Program-made: the position numbers and the translations under genes
Part shown: positions 1 through 11,177 of the stretch, piece by piece
Layout of the letters: every line of letters begins with the position of its first letter
Position numbering within the stretch: position 1 is the first letter of the stretch
NCBI GenBank assembly: GCA_029008595.1
Contig: JAQXJH010000106.1
Span: forward strand, 8,957-72,956
DNA length: 64,000 nt
Direction: 5' to 3'
DNA from: Bacillota bacterium
Lineage (GTDB): Bacteria; Bacillota; Clostridia; Oscillospirales; Acutalibacteraceae
The notes under the pieces: model-generated
Seen by the model: only the letters and a program-made list of their open reading frames with translations
Told to the model about the DNA's origin: nothing
Databases searched by the model: none

Positions 1-16
1 AGGAGGAAACTCGGAA

Positions 17-868
17 ATGAAAAAGCTCATGAAACTCTGTACAGTGCTCCTCGCCGGTGTAATGGCCGTTCTCTCTGTTGCCTGCTCCGGCAGCGCCAGC
101 AAGAAGGTCAAGGTCGTCGATATTCAGCTGACACAGGAAGAATACGCCTTCGGCGTTCAGAAGGATGACGCCGAACTGTTGGCAAAGGTCAACGAATATA
201 TTGCCAAAATCAAATCGGACGGCACCTTTGACGCGATCTGCAACAAGTATTTCGGCGACGGCGAGCCGACCGGCGTGACCTCAGCCGCGCTCGACAGCTC
301 CAAGGATCAGCTGGTTGTTGCAACGAACGCCGCGTTCGAGCCGTTTGAGTACATGAAGGGCGATACCTATTACGGCATCGACATGGAAATTGCCGCAGGC
401 CTTGCCGAATACCTCGGCAAGGAGCTGGTCATCTCCAACATGGATTTTGACGCCGTCTGCCTTTCCGTCAGCCAGAACAAGGCCAACATCGCCATGGCCG
501 GTCTGACCGTGAAAGAAGACCGTAAAGAATACGTCACCTTCTCCGACACTTATTACAACGCTTCTCAGAAGCTGGTCGTCATGGAAAGCGACAAGACGTT
601 CGACAGCTGCAAGACCGCTGAAGATGTGGAAAAAATTCTGAGCGGCCTTTCTTCCGCAAAGGTCGGCTGCCAGAACGGCACCACCGGCCAGAAGTACATC
701 ACCGGCGACGCCGACTGGGAGTTCGACGGTTTCTCCAATCTGGAGGCTGTCGGCTACAAGAACGGTTCTCTTGCCGTTCAGGATATGATCAACGGCAACA
801 TCAAGTTCGTTGTGATCGACGAAGCGCCGGCCAAGTGCATCGTTGACGCCATGAACAAGGTCAACTGA
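17..868 (+). CDS. Polar amino acid ABC transporter substrate-binding lipoprotein (SBP family 3)
   Basis: AGGAGG at 1-6 and ATG at 17. Signal peptide with lipobox LSVACSG. SBP_bac_3-like body. First gene of an SBP-permease-ATPase operon. Confidence 0.85.
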   Translation: MKKLMKLCTVLLAGVMAVLSVACSGSASKKVKVVDIQLTQEEYAFGVQKDDAELLAKVNEYIAKIKSDGTFDAICNKYFGDGEPTGVTSAALDSSKDQLVVATNAAFEPFEYMKGDTYYGIDMEIAAGLAEYLGKELVISNMDFDAVCLSVSQNKANIAMAGLTVKEDRKEYVTFSDTYYNASQKLVVMESDKTFDSCKTAEDVEKILSGLSSAKVGCQNGTTGQKYITGDADWEFDGFSNLEAVGYKNGSLAVQDMINGNIKFVVIDEAPAKCIVDAMNKVN

Positions 869-967
869 GCCGGAACATACCGTTTACGGCAAACCAAAGC
901 GTTCATACTGCCCCCGCTTCTTGATGAAAAAGGAGCGGGGAACTTGTTGTTATAAAGGGGAAGTGTC

Positions 968-1678
968 ATGGGGAACTTTGAATCGAAGCTCCGAAATTTC
1001 TGGGACATTTTTACCAACCAAAACGGCTGCTCTTATGTGTTGACCGGGTTGAAAAATACGGTTCTGATCGCTGTTCTCGGCCTTCTGATCGGTATTCTGG
1101 TCGGCACGCTGATCGCCGTGGTACGGGTGTTCCCGAAATACCGGCGTCTGCCGCGCGTTCTGAACGGGATCTGCAGCTTTTACGTTGCTCTGTTCCGCGG
1201 AACGCCGATCGTAGTTCAGCTGCTGGTTGCTTACTACGTTCTGCTGCCGCTTCTGGGCGTCAACTGGCCGTCGCTCAATGTGTGTATTCTGGTGTTCGGC
1301 CTGAACAGCGGCGCTTATGTTTCGGAGATCATGCGCAGCGGGATCCAGTCGGTCGATCCCGGCCAGCTGGAAGCCGGACGGGCCGTCGGGCTGAGCTATT
1401 CGGTCGCGATGACGCGCATCGTTGTGCCGCAGGCCGTCAAAAATATTCTGCCGACGCTCGGCAACGAATTTATCACACTGATCAAGGAAACCTCTGTCGT
1501 CAGCTTCGTCGGCGCCGCCGATCTGTATGTTGCCTTCAACAACATCGGATCCAATTCGTATGAATTTATGGTGCCGTACCTTGTGATGGCACTGATCTAT
1601 ATCGTTCTGGTGCTGCTGATCTCCCTGATGATCAGATTGATGGAAAGGAGCCTGAGAAAAAGTGATCGACGTAATTGA
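968..1678 (+). CDS. Amino acid ABC transporter permease (His/Glu/Gln/Arg/opine family)
   Basis: Multi-TM protein with an EAA-like loop ([30 protein letters not shown]). GGGGAAG RBS before the ATG. Confidence 0.85.
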   Translation: MGNFESKLRNFWDIFTNQNGCSYVLTGLKNTVLIAVLGLLIGILVGTLIAVVRVFPKYRRLPRVLNGICSFYVALFRGTPIVVQLLVAYYVLLPLLGVNWPSLNVCILVFGLNSGAYVSEIMRSGIQSVDPGQLEAGRAVGLSYSVAMTRIVVPQAVKNILPTLGNEFITLIKETSVVSFVGAADLYVAFNNIGSNSYEFMVPYLVMALIYIVLVLLISLMIRLMERSLRKSDRRN

Positions 1679-2486
1679 TCTGAAGAAAAGCTACGGCGAA
1701 CTTGAAGTGCTCAAAGGCATCAATGTTACGATCCATGAAGGGGAAAAGGTTGCGATCATCGGTCCTTCCGGCAGCGGAAAAAGCACGTTTCTGCGCTGCC
1801 TGAACTGCATGGAGGATCCCACCGGCGGTTCGATCATCTTTGAAGGCGAGGACCTTGCCGACATGCGGGTCGATATCAACCTTCACCGCCGCCACATCGG
1901 CATGGTGTTCCAGCAGTTCAACCTGTTCAACAACAAAACCGTGCTCCAGAATATCATGCTGGCGCCGGTTCATATCCGCAACAGCGAACGCAAAAAGGCT
2001 TTGCGGAAAGCCGCGTTCCGCAAAATTGCAAACGTCTTCCGAAAGGAAAAGCTGCCGCTGCCCGATATCTCTGTCAGCAAAAAACAGATCATCGCCGAGG
2101 AACAGGCGCACGCCAGACAGCTTCTGCAGCGCATCGGTCTGGAAGAAAAGGCCGATGTGTATCCTTCCACGCTTTCCGGCGGGCAGAAACAGCGCATCGC
2201 TATTATCCGCGCGCTGGCGATGAATCCGAAGGTGATGCTGTTCGACGAGCCGACCTCCGCGCTTGACCCCGAAATGGTCGGCGAGGTGCTCGACCTGATC
2301 AAGCAGCTGGCCGACGAGGGCATGACGATGGTCATCGTCACCCATGAGATGGGCTTTGCCCGCGAAGTGGCCACACGCGTACTGTTTATGGACGGCGGAG
2401 TGATCCTGGAAGAGGCGCCACCGCAGGAGTTCTTTTCCCACCCGCAGAACCAGCGGACAAAGGATTTTCTTTCCAAGGTTCTGTAA
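1662..2486 (+). CDS. Amino acid ABC transporter ATP-binding protein (GlnQ-like) with an internal basic insertion
   Basis: GTG start overlaps the permease stop. Walker [10 protein letters not shown], signature LSGGQKQR, Walker [13 protein letters not shown]-loop VTHEM. Confidence 0.9.
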   Translation: MIDVIDLKKSYGELEVLKGINVTIHEGEKVAIIGPSGSGKSTFLRCLNCMEDPTGGSIIFEGEDLADMRVDINLHRRHIGMVFQQFNLFNNKTVLQNIMLAPVHIRNSERKKALRKAAFRKIANVFRKEKLPLPDISVSKKQIIAEEQAHARQLLQRIGLEEKADVYPSTLSGGQKQRIAIIRALAMNPKVMLFDEPTSALDPEMVGEVLDLIKQLADEGMTMVIVTHEMGFAREVATRVLFMDGGVILEEAPPQEFFSHPQNQRTKDFLSKVL

Positions 2487-2510
2487 CAGCCGATCCGCAC
2501 AAACAAAAGC

Positions 2511-2552
2511 CGGGCTGCGCCTCAGAATTTTTCTGAAGTGCAGCCCGTTTTT
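2511..2552. terminator. Bidirectional intrinsic terminator between the ABC ATPase gene and ribU
   Basis: GGGCTGCGCCTCAGA / TCTGAAGTGCAGCCC hairpin, flanked by a T-run on plus and an A-run upstream. Confidence 0.7.
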
Positions 2553-2574
2553 TGATGCCGGGAAATTTTGCGGT

Positions 2575-3249
2575 TTACAGAATGCCGCTCCACACCAACG
2601 CCACCAGCAGCAGCGTCACCGTGCAGAGAAACGCCGCGATCGCAATGCCGATGCTGAGCTTGCGGCGGTTTTCAACGTTCTGCGGCTGCGGCAGCATATG
2701 CGCCTTGCGCAGGATCGTGACGACGGACTGGTAAAGCAGCATGGTCAGCGCCGTATTCAGCGCCGCTTTCAGAACATTGAACGGCAGGATCACCGGCAGC
2801 AGCATGCCAACTACTACCTCGCGCGAAACACCCATGTACAGCGGCGTGATCAGATAATTCCAGAGGATCATCCCCGCCGTCATCGCCGCCGTACCGGCCA
2901 GCAAACCGAGCAGCGCGCCCTTGACCGTCCGGCGATGCTTATAGATCAGCGCCGCAGGACAGACAAACAGCGAAGACGCCAGCACATTCATCACCAGACC
3001 GATCCAGCCGGTGGTGCTGATCGTGAGAAATTCCACCAGCGACACGATCAGCGACATCATAAACCCGGTCACCGGCCCATAAATGAACGCGCCGATGGCC
3101 AGAATGCAGTCTTTCGGCTCCAGACTCAAAAAACCGGCGATCTTGATCGGAAAGATCAGATTGCTCAGCGCAACGCACGCATAGGCCAGCGCGGAAAGCA
3201 TTGCCGTCACCGTCAGCCGGCGGACATCCATTGTTTTTGCTTCTTTCAT
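2575..3249 (-). CDS. ribU: ECF transporter S component, riboflavin transporter RibU
   Basis: Six-TM protein resembling RibU/YpaA. It lies directly downstream of an FMN riboswitch. The start was moved to MKEAKTMDV (3249) because upstream codons of the track ORF overlap the riboswitch terminator. Confidence 0.85.
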   Translation of the reverse strand: MKEAKTMDVRRLTVTAMLSALAYACVALSNLIFPIKIAGFLSLEPKDCILAIGAFIYGPVTGFMMSLIVSLVEFLTISTTGWIGLVMNVLASSLFVCPAALIYKHRRTVKGALLGLLAGTAAMTAGMILWNYLITPLYMGVSREVVVGMLLPVILPFNVLKAALNTALTMLLYQSVVTILRKAHMLPQPQNVENRRKLSIGIAIAAFLCTVTLLLVALVWSGIL

Positions 3250-3289
3250 GCAGCATTTCTCCTTTTGTTCCGCTGTCTGCGATCGTTCA

Positions 3290-3487
3290 AACAAAAGAAG
3301 CCCCGCGGAAAAGTTCCGCGGGGCGCAGGTGTTTCGAAAACCCAAAAAGGGCAGGAAACGCTTCTTCTTTCATCCGGACTGTACCGTCGGCTCTGGAATC
3401 TCACCAGATCAGCAGGAGCACCTGCTCGTGGGCTTTCACCACCGGTGGGGAATTTCACCCCGCCCCGAAGACAGCTTGATTGAATTT
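3290..3487 (-). promoter_or_regulatory. FMN riboswitch (RFN element) with terminator expression platform
   Basis: Minus strand reads CTTCGGGGCGGGGTGAAATTCCCCACCGGTGGTGAAAGCCCACGAGC...GATCTGGTGAGATTCCAGAGCCGACGGTACAGTCCGGATGAAAGAAGAAG, the conserved RFN core. This is followed by hairpin GCCCCGCGGAA/TTCCGCGGGG (3301-3324) and CTTCTTTTGTTTG. Confidence 0.95.
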
Positions 3488-3493
3488 ATACAG

Positions 3494-3522
3494 ATTGTAG
3501 CACGGCAGCGGCACAATGTCAA
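3494..3522 (-). promoter_or_regulatory. Sigma-A type promoter of the FMN riboswitch-ribU unit
   Basis: Minus strand TTGACA (3522-3517), 17-nt spacer, TACAAT (3499-3494). Confidence 0.65.
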
Positions 3523-3525
3523 TGC

Positions 3526-4902
3526 CTATTTCAGGTTTCGCAGCCCCTTCGGGTAACGGTTTTTCAGCATTCCGCCGGAAGCTTTGCCGAAGCCGAGCAT
3601 GACCCCTCCGACGGAAACACCCGTGAAACCGCTTTCGGCACAGGGGATCTCCTCCCCGCGCAGAAAGGCCGCAGCTTCGGCGGAATCGGGTTCCAGCGCG
3701 CAAAGCCTCCGCGTCTCCTCTTCCCTTGCCGCCGCAAAAAGGGCATGCGCCGGCTCCAACCGGTTCTTTTTCGCTTCGCAGCAGAGCACTCCCGCGCGCA
3801 GCACGCCAAGCCCGCGCAGTTCCGGCAGGCCGTCTGGCAGGAGCATTGTTTTTTCTCCGACCGTCTGCGGCGTACCGTAAAGCGGGCAGCGGAAATTTTC
3901 TTCAAACAGCGCGCGAACCGCCGCTTCCGGCTTCGGCGGGGCCATCATGGACGGAAAACGCTCATTCGGCGCGATCCTGCGCAGTCTGGCAACAAAATGA
4001 CCTTCGCCGCCGTCCATCGGAAAGATCCGCCGCGCCAGAGAAAGATCAAACCCTGCGCCGCCAAGCTCCGCAAAAGCCGGGCGGCCGAAGGAAACGCCGC
4101 AGTCCTCCAGCACAAATTCCGGATTCCCGCGCAAAAATTCCGTCACGACCCCTTCGTTTTCCTCCGGCGAAAAGGTGCAGGTCGAATAAACCAGCACGCC
4201 GCCTTCGCGCACCGCCTGCCGCGCGCTGTTCAGGATCGCCTGCTGGCGCACGGCGCAGGACGCCACATGCTCTTCGCTCCACTCGGCCGCCGCACGGCCG
4301 TCCTTCCGGAACATTCCTTCGCCGGAGCAGGGCGCGTCCACCAGAACACGGTCAAAAAAGCCCGCCAGCGCGCTGCAGAGCGTTTCCGGATGGCAGGAGG
4401 ATACCACCCCGTTGCGCACACCCATCCGTTCAAAATTGGAGAGCAGGATCTGCGCCCTGTTCGCCATGATCTCATTGCTCCAGAGCAGCCCCCTGCCGCC
4501 GAGCAGCGCGGCGATCTGCGTCGATTTTCCGCCCGGCGCAGCGCAAAGATCCAGAATCCGTTCCCCCGGCTTTGGCGCAAGCACCGTCACCGCAGAAGAG
4601 GCAGACGGCTCCTGCACATAAAACGCACCGGCATGGTGCAGCGCCAGACGGCCGACGTTCTCCGCCGAAGCGGGCAGATAGCAGGAAAGCGGCGAAAAAG
4701 GCGACGGACGCAGCGCTTCTCCGAATGTTCTGCCCAGCGCTGCACAGACGGCCTGCGGATCCGCTTTCAGCGGATTGAGGCGGATCCCGCGCTTCGGCGC
4801 ATCCTGCTGCAGCGTTTCTTCATATTGCCGGTACTCACCTTTCAGCAGAACCTTCATCCGGTTCAAAAAGCTTTGCGGCAGCAAGATCTCCTTTTCATCC
4901 AT
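3526..4902 (-). CDS. RsmB/RsmF-family rRNA cytosine-C5 methyltransferase (NOL1/NOP2/Sun)
   Basis: SAM motif DLCAAPGGKS and catalytic motifs DAPCSGEGMFRK and YSTCT. C-terminal PUA-like extension typical of RsmF. Confidence 0.85.
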   Translation of the reverse strand: MDEKEILLPQSFLNRMKVLLKGEYRQYEETLQQDAPKRGIRLNPLKADPQAVCAALGRTFGEALRPSPFSPLSCYLPASAENVGRLALHHAGAFYVQEPSASSAVTVLAPKPGERILDLCAAPGGKSTQIAALLGGRGLLWSNEIMANRAQILLSNFERMGVRNGVVSSCHPETLCSALAGFFDRVLVDAPCSGEGMFRKDGRAAAEWSEEHVASCAVRQQAILNSARQAVREGGVLVYSTCTFSPEENEGVVTEFLRGNPEFVLEDCGVSFGRPAFAELGGAGFDLSLARRIFPMDGGEGHFVARLRRIAPNERFPSMMAPPKPEAAVRALFEENFRCPLYGTPQTVGEKTMLLPDGLPELRGLGVLRAGVLCCEAKKNRLEPAHALFAAAREEETRRLCALEPDSAEAAAFLRGEEIPCAESGFTGVSVGGVMLGFGKASGGMLKNRYPKGLRNLK

Positions 4903-4964
4903 TGCACAGCATCCTTCCTTTTGCCCTGCACCGGTCTGTTTTTTCTTTCATCCCGCAGACGATT

Positions 4965-4993
4965 GCATAATCCCCCGTCTTCCGTCCATACTA
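4965..4993 (+). promoter_or_regulatory. Candidate forespore (sigma-G/F-like) promoter
   Basis: GCATA (4965-4969), 17-nt spacer, CATACTA (4987-4993). This resembles the remembered GHATR-N17/18-CATxxTA consensus of ssp promoters. Confidence 0.4.
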
Positions 4994-5015
4994 TCGGCGA
5001 AAGGGGTGAATCCAA

Positions 5016-5147
5016 ATGAATAATCAGAAAAATCAGAACCAGAACCAGAATCAGAGCCAAAATAAACAGAACAATCAGTTCGAAAACAAAAAGCAGAACC
5101 AGAATCAGCAGAACAACCAGTTTGAAAACAAGCAGGATCATCGCTGA
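5016..5147 (+). CDS. Unannotated 43-aa Asn/Gln-rich small protein (candidate small spore protein)
   Basis: AGGGGTG RBS 7 nt before ATG 5016. Product is MNNQKNQNQNQNQSQNKQNNQFENKKQNQNQQNNQFENKQDHR. The stop is followed by a hairpin terminator. It is too short for the 60-aa ORF track. Confidence 0.6.
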   Translation: MNNQKNQNQNQNQSQNKQNNQFENKKQNQNQQNNQFENKQDHR

Positions 5148-5163
5148 ATTGTTTTTGAAAGAA

Positions 5164-5199
5164 GAGACCGTCCCTTCCTGTGAAGGGCGGCCTCTTTTT
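5164..5199. terminator. Hairpin terminator between the small ORF and the convergent yitT-like gene
   Basis: GAGACCGTCCCTTC / GAAGGGCGGCCTC stem followed by TTTTT. Confidence 0.65.
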
Positions 5200-5212
5200 G
5201 ATTTGCCCGGCA

Positions 5213-6100
5213 TTATTTTTCCGGGTCGATCGGCGCAAAGCTTTCGCCGACGATCTGTTCCGCATTGCCAATGATCAGAAACGCGTCCGGATCGATCTTC
5301 CGCACGATCTCCCGCAGACGGAACACCTCGCTGCGGCGGACGGCGCACATCAGCGCATAGCCCTCGCTGCCGGTAAAGCCGCCTTTGGAACGGAGCATCG
5401 TCACGCCGCGATCCATCTCCGACGTGATTTCGCGGGTGATCTCCTCGCTTTTTTGGCTCATAATGAACAGCAGCTTTCCGTTTCCGCTGTCCAGACCGTA
5501 AAGCACCGTATCGACCGCGCGGGAACAGACAAAAATCGTGATCATGGCATAAAGTCCGCTTTCAATATTGCGGTAAACGGCCATGGACGCCAGAACGATC
5601 AGAAAGTCGATCACCAGGATCAGCTTTCCCATTGAAATATGGCGCAGGCGGCGGCCGATCAGCTTGGCGGCAAGATCGCTGCCGCCGGTCGTTGCCCCTG
5701 TCATAAAGGTCAGCCCAAGCCCCGCGCCGGAGATCACCCCGCCGAACAGCGCCGCCAGCATCATGTCGCCGCGGTACTGCGGCAGAAAGGGCGCGCTCAG
5801 ATCGATCACACCGGAATAGATCAGCGTGGCGATAATGGTTTTGCCGAAAAAGCGCAGGCCGGACTCCAGAACGCCCCATAGGAACAGCGGAAGATTCACC
5901 GCCAGCATCATCAGACCGATCGGGGTGCCGAAAACGTCCTGCAGGATCGTTGCCACGCCTGTCGCGCCGCCCGGTGCGATCCGGTTCGGCGCGGTAAAAC
6001 AGTTGACCGACACCGCATAAAGCACCGCCCCCGCAACCGTCAGCAGCAGAAAACGGATCAGTTCCGTCGTTGATTCGCGGTTCCAGGTTATTTTTTTCAT
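5213..6100 (-). CDS. YitT-family membrane protein (DUF2179 C-terminal domain)
   Basis: Five TM segments plus a soluble C-terminal domain with the typical YitT layout. The start was set at MKKITWN (6100), which has GAAAGGATGG upstream. Confidence 0.75.
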   Translation of the reverse strand: MKKITWNRESTTELIRFLLLTVAGAVLYAVSVNCFTAPNRIAPGGATGVATILQDVFGTPIGLMMLAVNLPLFLWGVLESGLRFFGKTIIATLIYSGVIDLSAPFLPQYRGDMMLAALFGGVISGAGLGLTFMTGATTGGSDLAAKLIGRRLRHISMGKLILVIDFLIVLASMAVYRNIESGLYAMITIFVCSRAVDTVLYGLDSGNGKLLFIMSQKSEEITREITSEMDRGVTMLRSKGGFTGSEGYALMCAVRRSEVFRLREIVRKIDPDAFLIIGNAEQIVGESFAPIDPEK

Positions 6101-6189
6101 GCAAACCATCCTTTCACCTTTTGATATGCCCGGGGCAAAGCGATTTATCCGTTTCACCCCAAACGATCAGGACAGCTTTGATGGCAAAT

Positions 6190-6585
6190 TTATTCGCCTG
6201 CGGCAGCGAACAGCGTGCGGATCCGGTCGATCTCACCCTTGAGATACAGGTAGCCGAACAGCGTTTCCAGCCCGGTTGCGCGGTGATAAACGGCCGGGTC
6301 CGCGTTTTTCGGCACATGGCCGGGATGCGCATTGCGGCCGCGGCGCAATTGATCCAGTTCTTCCTCCGTCAGCAGCGACTCCAGCCGGTCGGCGGCAGCG
6401 GCCTGCGCCTCGCAGCGCACCTGCTCCACAGAAAGCGCATGCAGCCGCCTGTTCGGGCAGTTCCCCGCGCAGACAAGCTTTTCCCGCACAAGCAGCCCGT
6501 AAACGCCGTCCCCGATAAAGGCGAGCGCCAGTGGGCTGTAGGTTTTGAGATCGGCAACGGGAATATTCAGCAATCGTTCCGGCAA
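6190..6585 (-). CDS. mrnC: Mini-ribonuclease 3
   Basis: LALAFIGDGVYGLLVRE RNase III-like signature, about 130 aa, TTG start preceded by GAGGGGG. Confidence 0.85.
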   Translation of the reverse strand: MPERLLNIPVADLKTYSPLALAFIGDGVYGLLVREKLVCAGNCPNRRLHALSVEQVRCEAQAAAADRLESLLTEEELDQLRRGRNAHPGHVPKNADPAVYHRATGLETLFGYLYLKGEIDRIRTLFAAAGE

Positions 6586-6615
6586 AAGCGTTTTCCCCCT
6601 CGCTCTTTCAAAAGA

Positions 6616-7980
<1,365 letters not shown>

Positions 7981-7985
7981 TCAAA

Positions 7986-8267
7986 TCAGTCGGCAGCGTA
8001 GACGCTGACCTTCTTACGATCGCGGCCAAGACGCTCGAACTTGACGTTTCCGTCAATCAGAGCAAACAGGCTGTCGTCAGAAGCACGGCCGACATTCTCG
8101 CCGGGATGGATATGAGTTCCGCGCTGCTTTACCAGAATGTTGCCGGCCAGAACGAACTGACCGTCGGCACGCTTGACGCCAAGACGCTTGGACTCGGAAT
8201 CACGGCCGTTCTTGGTGGAACCAACACCTTTTTTATGAGCAAAAAGCTGAATATTGATCTGAAGCAT
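7986..8267 (-). CDS. rpmA: 50S ribosomal protein L27 with N-terminal propeptide
   Basis: [29 protein letters not shown] lies 8 nt before ATG 8267. The propeptide is cleaved by the adjacent Prp in Firmicutes. Confidence 0.95.
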   Translation of the reverse strand: MLQINIQLFAHKKGVGSTKNGRDSESKRLGVKRADGQFVLAGNILVKQRGTHIHPGENVGRASDDSLFALIDGNVKFERLGRDRKKVSVYAAD

Positions 8268-8284
8268 GTATGACACCTCCGCTG

Positions 8285-8608
8285 TTATTCTTTCGTTTGA
8301 AACACTGCAAGATTTTTTGGATACTGCTGTGAAAGCTGTTCGAGATGGATCCAGAGCGCCTGAAAAAACGGCTGACAGACCGCCTGTTCCCGTTCGGAAA
8401 CAGAGAGTGAGAGAAATCCATCCTCCCGCAGCTCAATTTTCGCGCTGACCATCAGCACATCGGTAATCGCATTCGCCGTCAGATAAACGGCCGATGAAAC
8501 CGACGCACAGACAATATCATCGCTCCCCTCGGGAGCCGCATCAGCATGACCGGAAACCGAGAATCCGCAAAAGCTCTGGCCCCGGCGGAAAAATTCGGCG
8601 CGTATCAT
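8285..8608 (-). CDS. prp: Ribosomal-processing cysteine protease Prp
   Basis: About 107 aa and located between rplU and rpmA. Conserved SGHA...VCASVS motifs. Confidence 0.9.
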   Translation of the reverse strand: MIRAEFFRRGQSFCGFSVSGHADAAPEGSDDIVCASVSSAVYLTANAITDVLMVSAKIELREDGFLSLSVSEREQAVCQPFFQALWIHLEQLSQQYPKNLAVFQTKE

Positions 8609-8611
8609 GGA

Positions 8612-8920
8612 TCAGGCGTTGATGGATTCGATCTGCACCTTGGTATACGGCTGACGATGACCCATCTTGCGCTTTTCGTTTTTCTTTGCTTTATAGGTGA
8701 AGACGGTGATCTTCTTCGCTTTTCCGTTCTTCAGAACCTTTGCGGAAACGGAAGCTCCGTCAACGTAGGGCGTGCCGACCTTGAGGCCGTCCTCGCCGCC
8801 GAGCGCGATCACCTTGAAGCTGACCGTCTCGTCTTCTGCAGCGTTCAGCTTTTCAACGAAGAGAACGGTGCCGCTCTCGACCTTGTACTGCTTGCCGCCG
8901 GTTTCAATGACTGCGTACAT
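8612..8920 (-). CDS. rplU: 50S ribosomal protein L21
   Basis: [15 protein letters not shown]-terminus, 102 aa. Confidence 0.95.
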   Translation of the reverse strand: MYAVIETGGKQYKVESGTVLFVEKLNAAEDETVSFKVIALGGEDGLKVGTPYVDGASVSAKVLKNGKAKKITVFTYKAKKNEKRKMGHRQPYTKVQIESINA

Positions 8921-9034
8921 TCATATAACCTGCCTTTAATTCAGACTCGCTACTCTCGGGCGGAGAAAGGCTCACTTAAAAAAGCCCGGAATAAGCGGCT
9001 TAATGATTTTATCATATCACACACAGCTTGTCAA
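8921..9034 (-). promoter_or_regulatory. Sigma-A promoter and about 80-nt leader of the rplU operon (possible L21 leader)
   Basis: Minus strand TTGACA (9034-9029), 17-nt spacer, TAAAAT (9011-9006). The leader structure was not verified. Confidence 0.55.
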
Positions 9035-9164
9035 GTGGACAAAGCGGGAAATTGCAGTTCCCGCTTGTTTGGTGCGGCAGAGATGTATCCGCAGCCGAGC
9101 TTTTGCCCCGAACCCGTTTTTCGGGGCGTCTGCAGCGCCGCTTGCCGGGTGAAACATGTTCTTT

Positions 9165-11066
9165 TTATTCCTTCGTTTTGTTCCGATACGCCGAAGGTGT
9201 GACCCCGTATGCGTTTTTGAACACGGTAGTAAAATACGTCGAATTGGAAAACCCAACCTGCTCTGCAATTTCGGAGACCGTCCGGTTGGTTTCCCGCAGG
9301 GCGGCACAGGAGCGCTCCAGCCGGCACTGCGTCACATAAGCGGAAAAGGAGACGCCCCGGATCGACTTGAAGATCTTGCCGAGATAGGTGGTCGAAAGGC
9401 CGAAGTTCTGCGAAAGACTTTTCAGCGAAAGGCCCGGATCCGAAAGATTCAGCTTGGCGTATTCCTCAATCGATTCAACAAGCTTTTCATTCTTTTCCTG
9501 ATAATTGGAGTTTGAGGCGTTATTGGAGTCCACCAGCTTGTCGCGGCCGATCAGGCGGCTCATTTCCAGATATTGCTTTGCTTTTGTAAACGACAGGCAG
9601 ATCTCATTCTGTCTGTCCACCACCGAACCAAGGCTGCCGTTCACCGAGATATCTACCTGCTTTTCCACAAATTCTTTCAGCTGACGGAAGCACAGAACGT
9701 ATTTTTCGGAAACGGTTTCCTGTTCCAGCATCAGCAGAACGGCGACCGTTTTTTCTCCGGTTTCCACCGTCTTGCAGGAAAAATCCTCACCAAAAATTTC
9801 GTCCGCAAGATTACAGACAGTATAACGGTAAATTTTATATTCCTCGGCGCGCTCCCGTTCGCTCAGCTCCTTCATGGGCTGAATCTCGATCAGCAGCACG
9901 CAGTAGAACGCCGAATGGAATTTTTTTCCGAACCGTTCTGTGATCTCTCGGGAAACAAAGAACGGCATCTCCTGCCCCAGCATCAGATTCCGAAGGAACT
10001 GCGCCTGAACATAGTGTTCGCTCTGGTACCGTTCATGCTCCACACGGGTGATCGCCTTATCAATAAACTGCAGCTCATCCTCGTCGTGCAGTTCCTCGGC
10101 ACCCACCGTTGCGCGGCACTTGTTCACCAGCTGCCTCAGCGGTTTCTGCAGTTTGTGGCTGAACAGCACCGAGATCAGAACGCACATGGCCAGCAGCAGC
10201 AGCGCCACAACAAGACACACGGTCGCCGCGCGCGTAAAATTGCTGTAAAACTGGGAATAGTCCTGCACATCAACGAACCACCAGCCAAGCTTTTCGGAAT
10301 ACGTAAAAAAATAAAACCTCCGGCCGGCGGAATCATCATAAACCTGCTGTCCGGTGTGGCCGGCACGCAGCTCGGTCAGCCGCTGCGCAACCGTTACGCC
10401 GTCCACGATCTCCCGCGCGTTCTGCGTGACCGCCTCGCCCGATTCATCCAACACGTAGACCTCGCGGGACGCCGTCCCGATGCTGTAACCGAATCCGTCT
10501 GTAAAAACATCGACAATGATCGCGCTGTTGTTATAGGGCAGATACTGCAGAAACGAGACCACATTCTGCTTTTTTCCTGCGATCGTAACCGCCCGTACAA
10601 GGATCTGCCGCCCGTCCTTCAGCGCCTGACGGATCGGTTCGGAAAGTGCCGTCGGCTCTCCTTCCTCGGCGCCTGTGGCATGAACCGTTACTCCGCTCGA
10701 AAAATTGACCACGGAAATATCCGCCACATAAGAGTATACGCCGGTCACCTCACGCAGATGGAGAAACAAATAAAAATTATTCATTTTATTGTCCGTTTTG
10801 CTCTGCACAAATTGCTGCGTATTGCTTTCCGTCGTGATCGTCGAAATCAGATTGTCCACTTCCAACTTGATCCGTTCCGAGGTCATGACAAGCTGCCGCA
10901 GCAGCTGCTGGGAATGGTCTACACCGTATTCCCTGATATCCATGGCAAGCACACCGAACATGGTGCCCAGAATCACCACGGTCACCAGAAGGATCGTCAG
11001 TGCGTAACCGAAAAGACTTCTGCGAAAAGCCGACGTTGACATCAGCCTCCGAAAATATTTTTTCAC
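9165..11066 (-). CDS. Membrane-anchored AraC-family transcriptional regulator with extracytoplasmic sensor domain
   Basis: TM1 near the N-terminus and a second TM around residue 290. C-terminal double HTH (LSTTYLGKIFK...GFSNSTYFTTVFKNAYGVTPSAYR). The likely start is GTG 11066, 9 nt after AGAAAGGA. The track start TTG 11087 is also possible. Confidence 0.8.
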   Translation of the reverse strand: MKKYFRRLMSTSAFRRSLFGYALTILLVTVVILGTMFGVLAMDIREYGVDHSQQLLRQLVMTSERIKLEVDNLISTITTESNTQQFVQSKTDNKMNNFYLFLHLREVTGVYSYVADISVVNFSSGVTVHATGAEEGEPTALSEPIRQALKDGRQILVRAVTIAGKKQNVVSFLQYLPYNNSAIIVDVFTDGFGYSIGTASREVYVLDESGEAVTQNAREIVDGVTVAQRLTELRAGHTGQQVYDDSAGRRFYFFTYSEKLGWWFVDVQDYSQFYSNFTRAATVCLVVALLLLAMCVLISVLFSHKLQKPLRQLVNKCRATVGAEELHDEDELQFIDKAITRVEHERYQSEHYVQAQFLRNLMLGQEMPFFVSREITERFGKKFHSAFYCVLLIEIQPMKELSERERAEEYKIYRYTVCNLADEIFGEDFSCKTVETGEKTVAVLLMLEQETVSEKYVLCFRQLKEFVEKQVDISVNGSLGSVVDRQNEICLSFTKAKQYLEMSRLIGRDKLVDSNNASNSNYQEKNEKLVESIEEYAKLNLSDPGLSLKSLSQNFGLSTTYLGKIFKSIRGVSFSAYVTQCRLERSCAALRETNRTVSEIAEQVGFSNSTYFTTVFKNAYGVTPSAYRNKTKE

Positions 11067-11132
11067 GCACAAACATCCTTTCTGCAAATCACTTTGCCAT
11101 CATTCACGATTTGTCACGAGGTGTACGCTGCT

Positions 11133-11161
11133 ATTGTATAATATTATGTGCGAAATGTCAA
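11133..11161 (-). promoter_or_regulatory. Sigma-A type promoter of the AraC-type regulator gene
   Basis: Minus strand TTGACA (11161-11156), 17-nt spacer, TACAAT (11138-11133). Confidence 0.6.
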
Positions 11162-11177
11162 TTTTTATATCAATACA

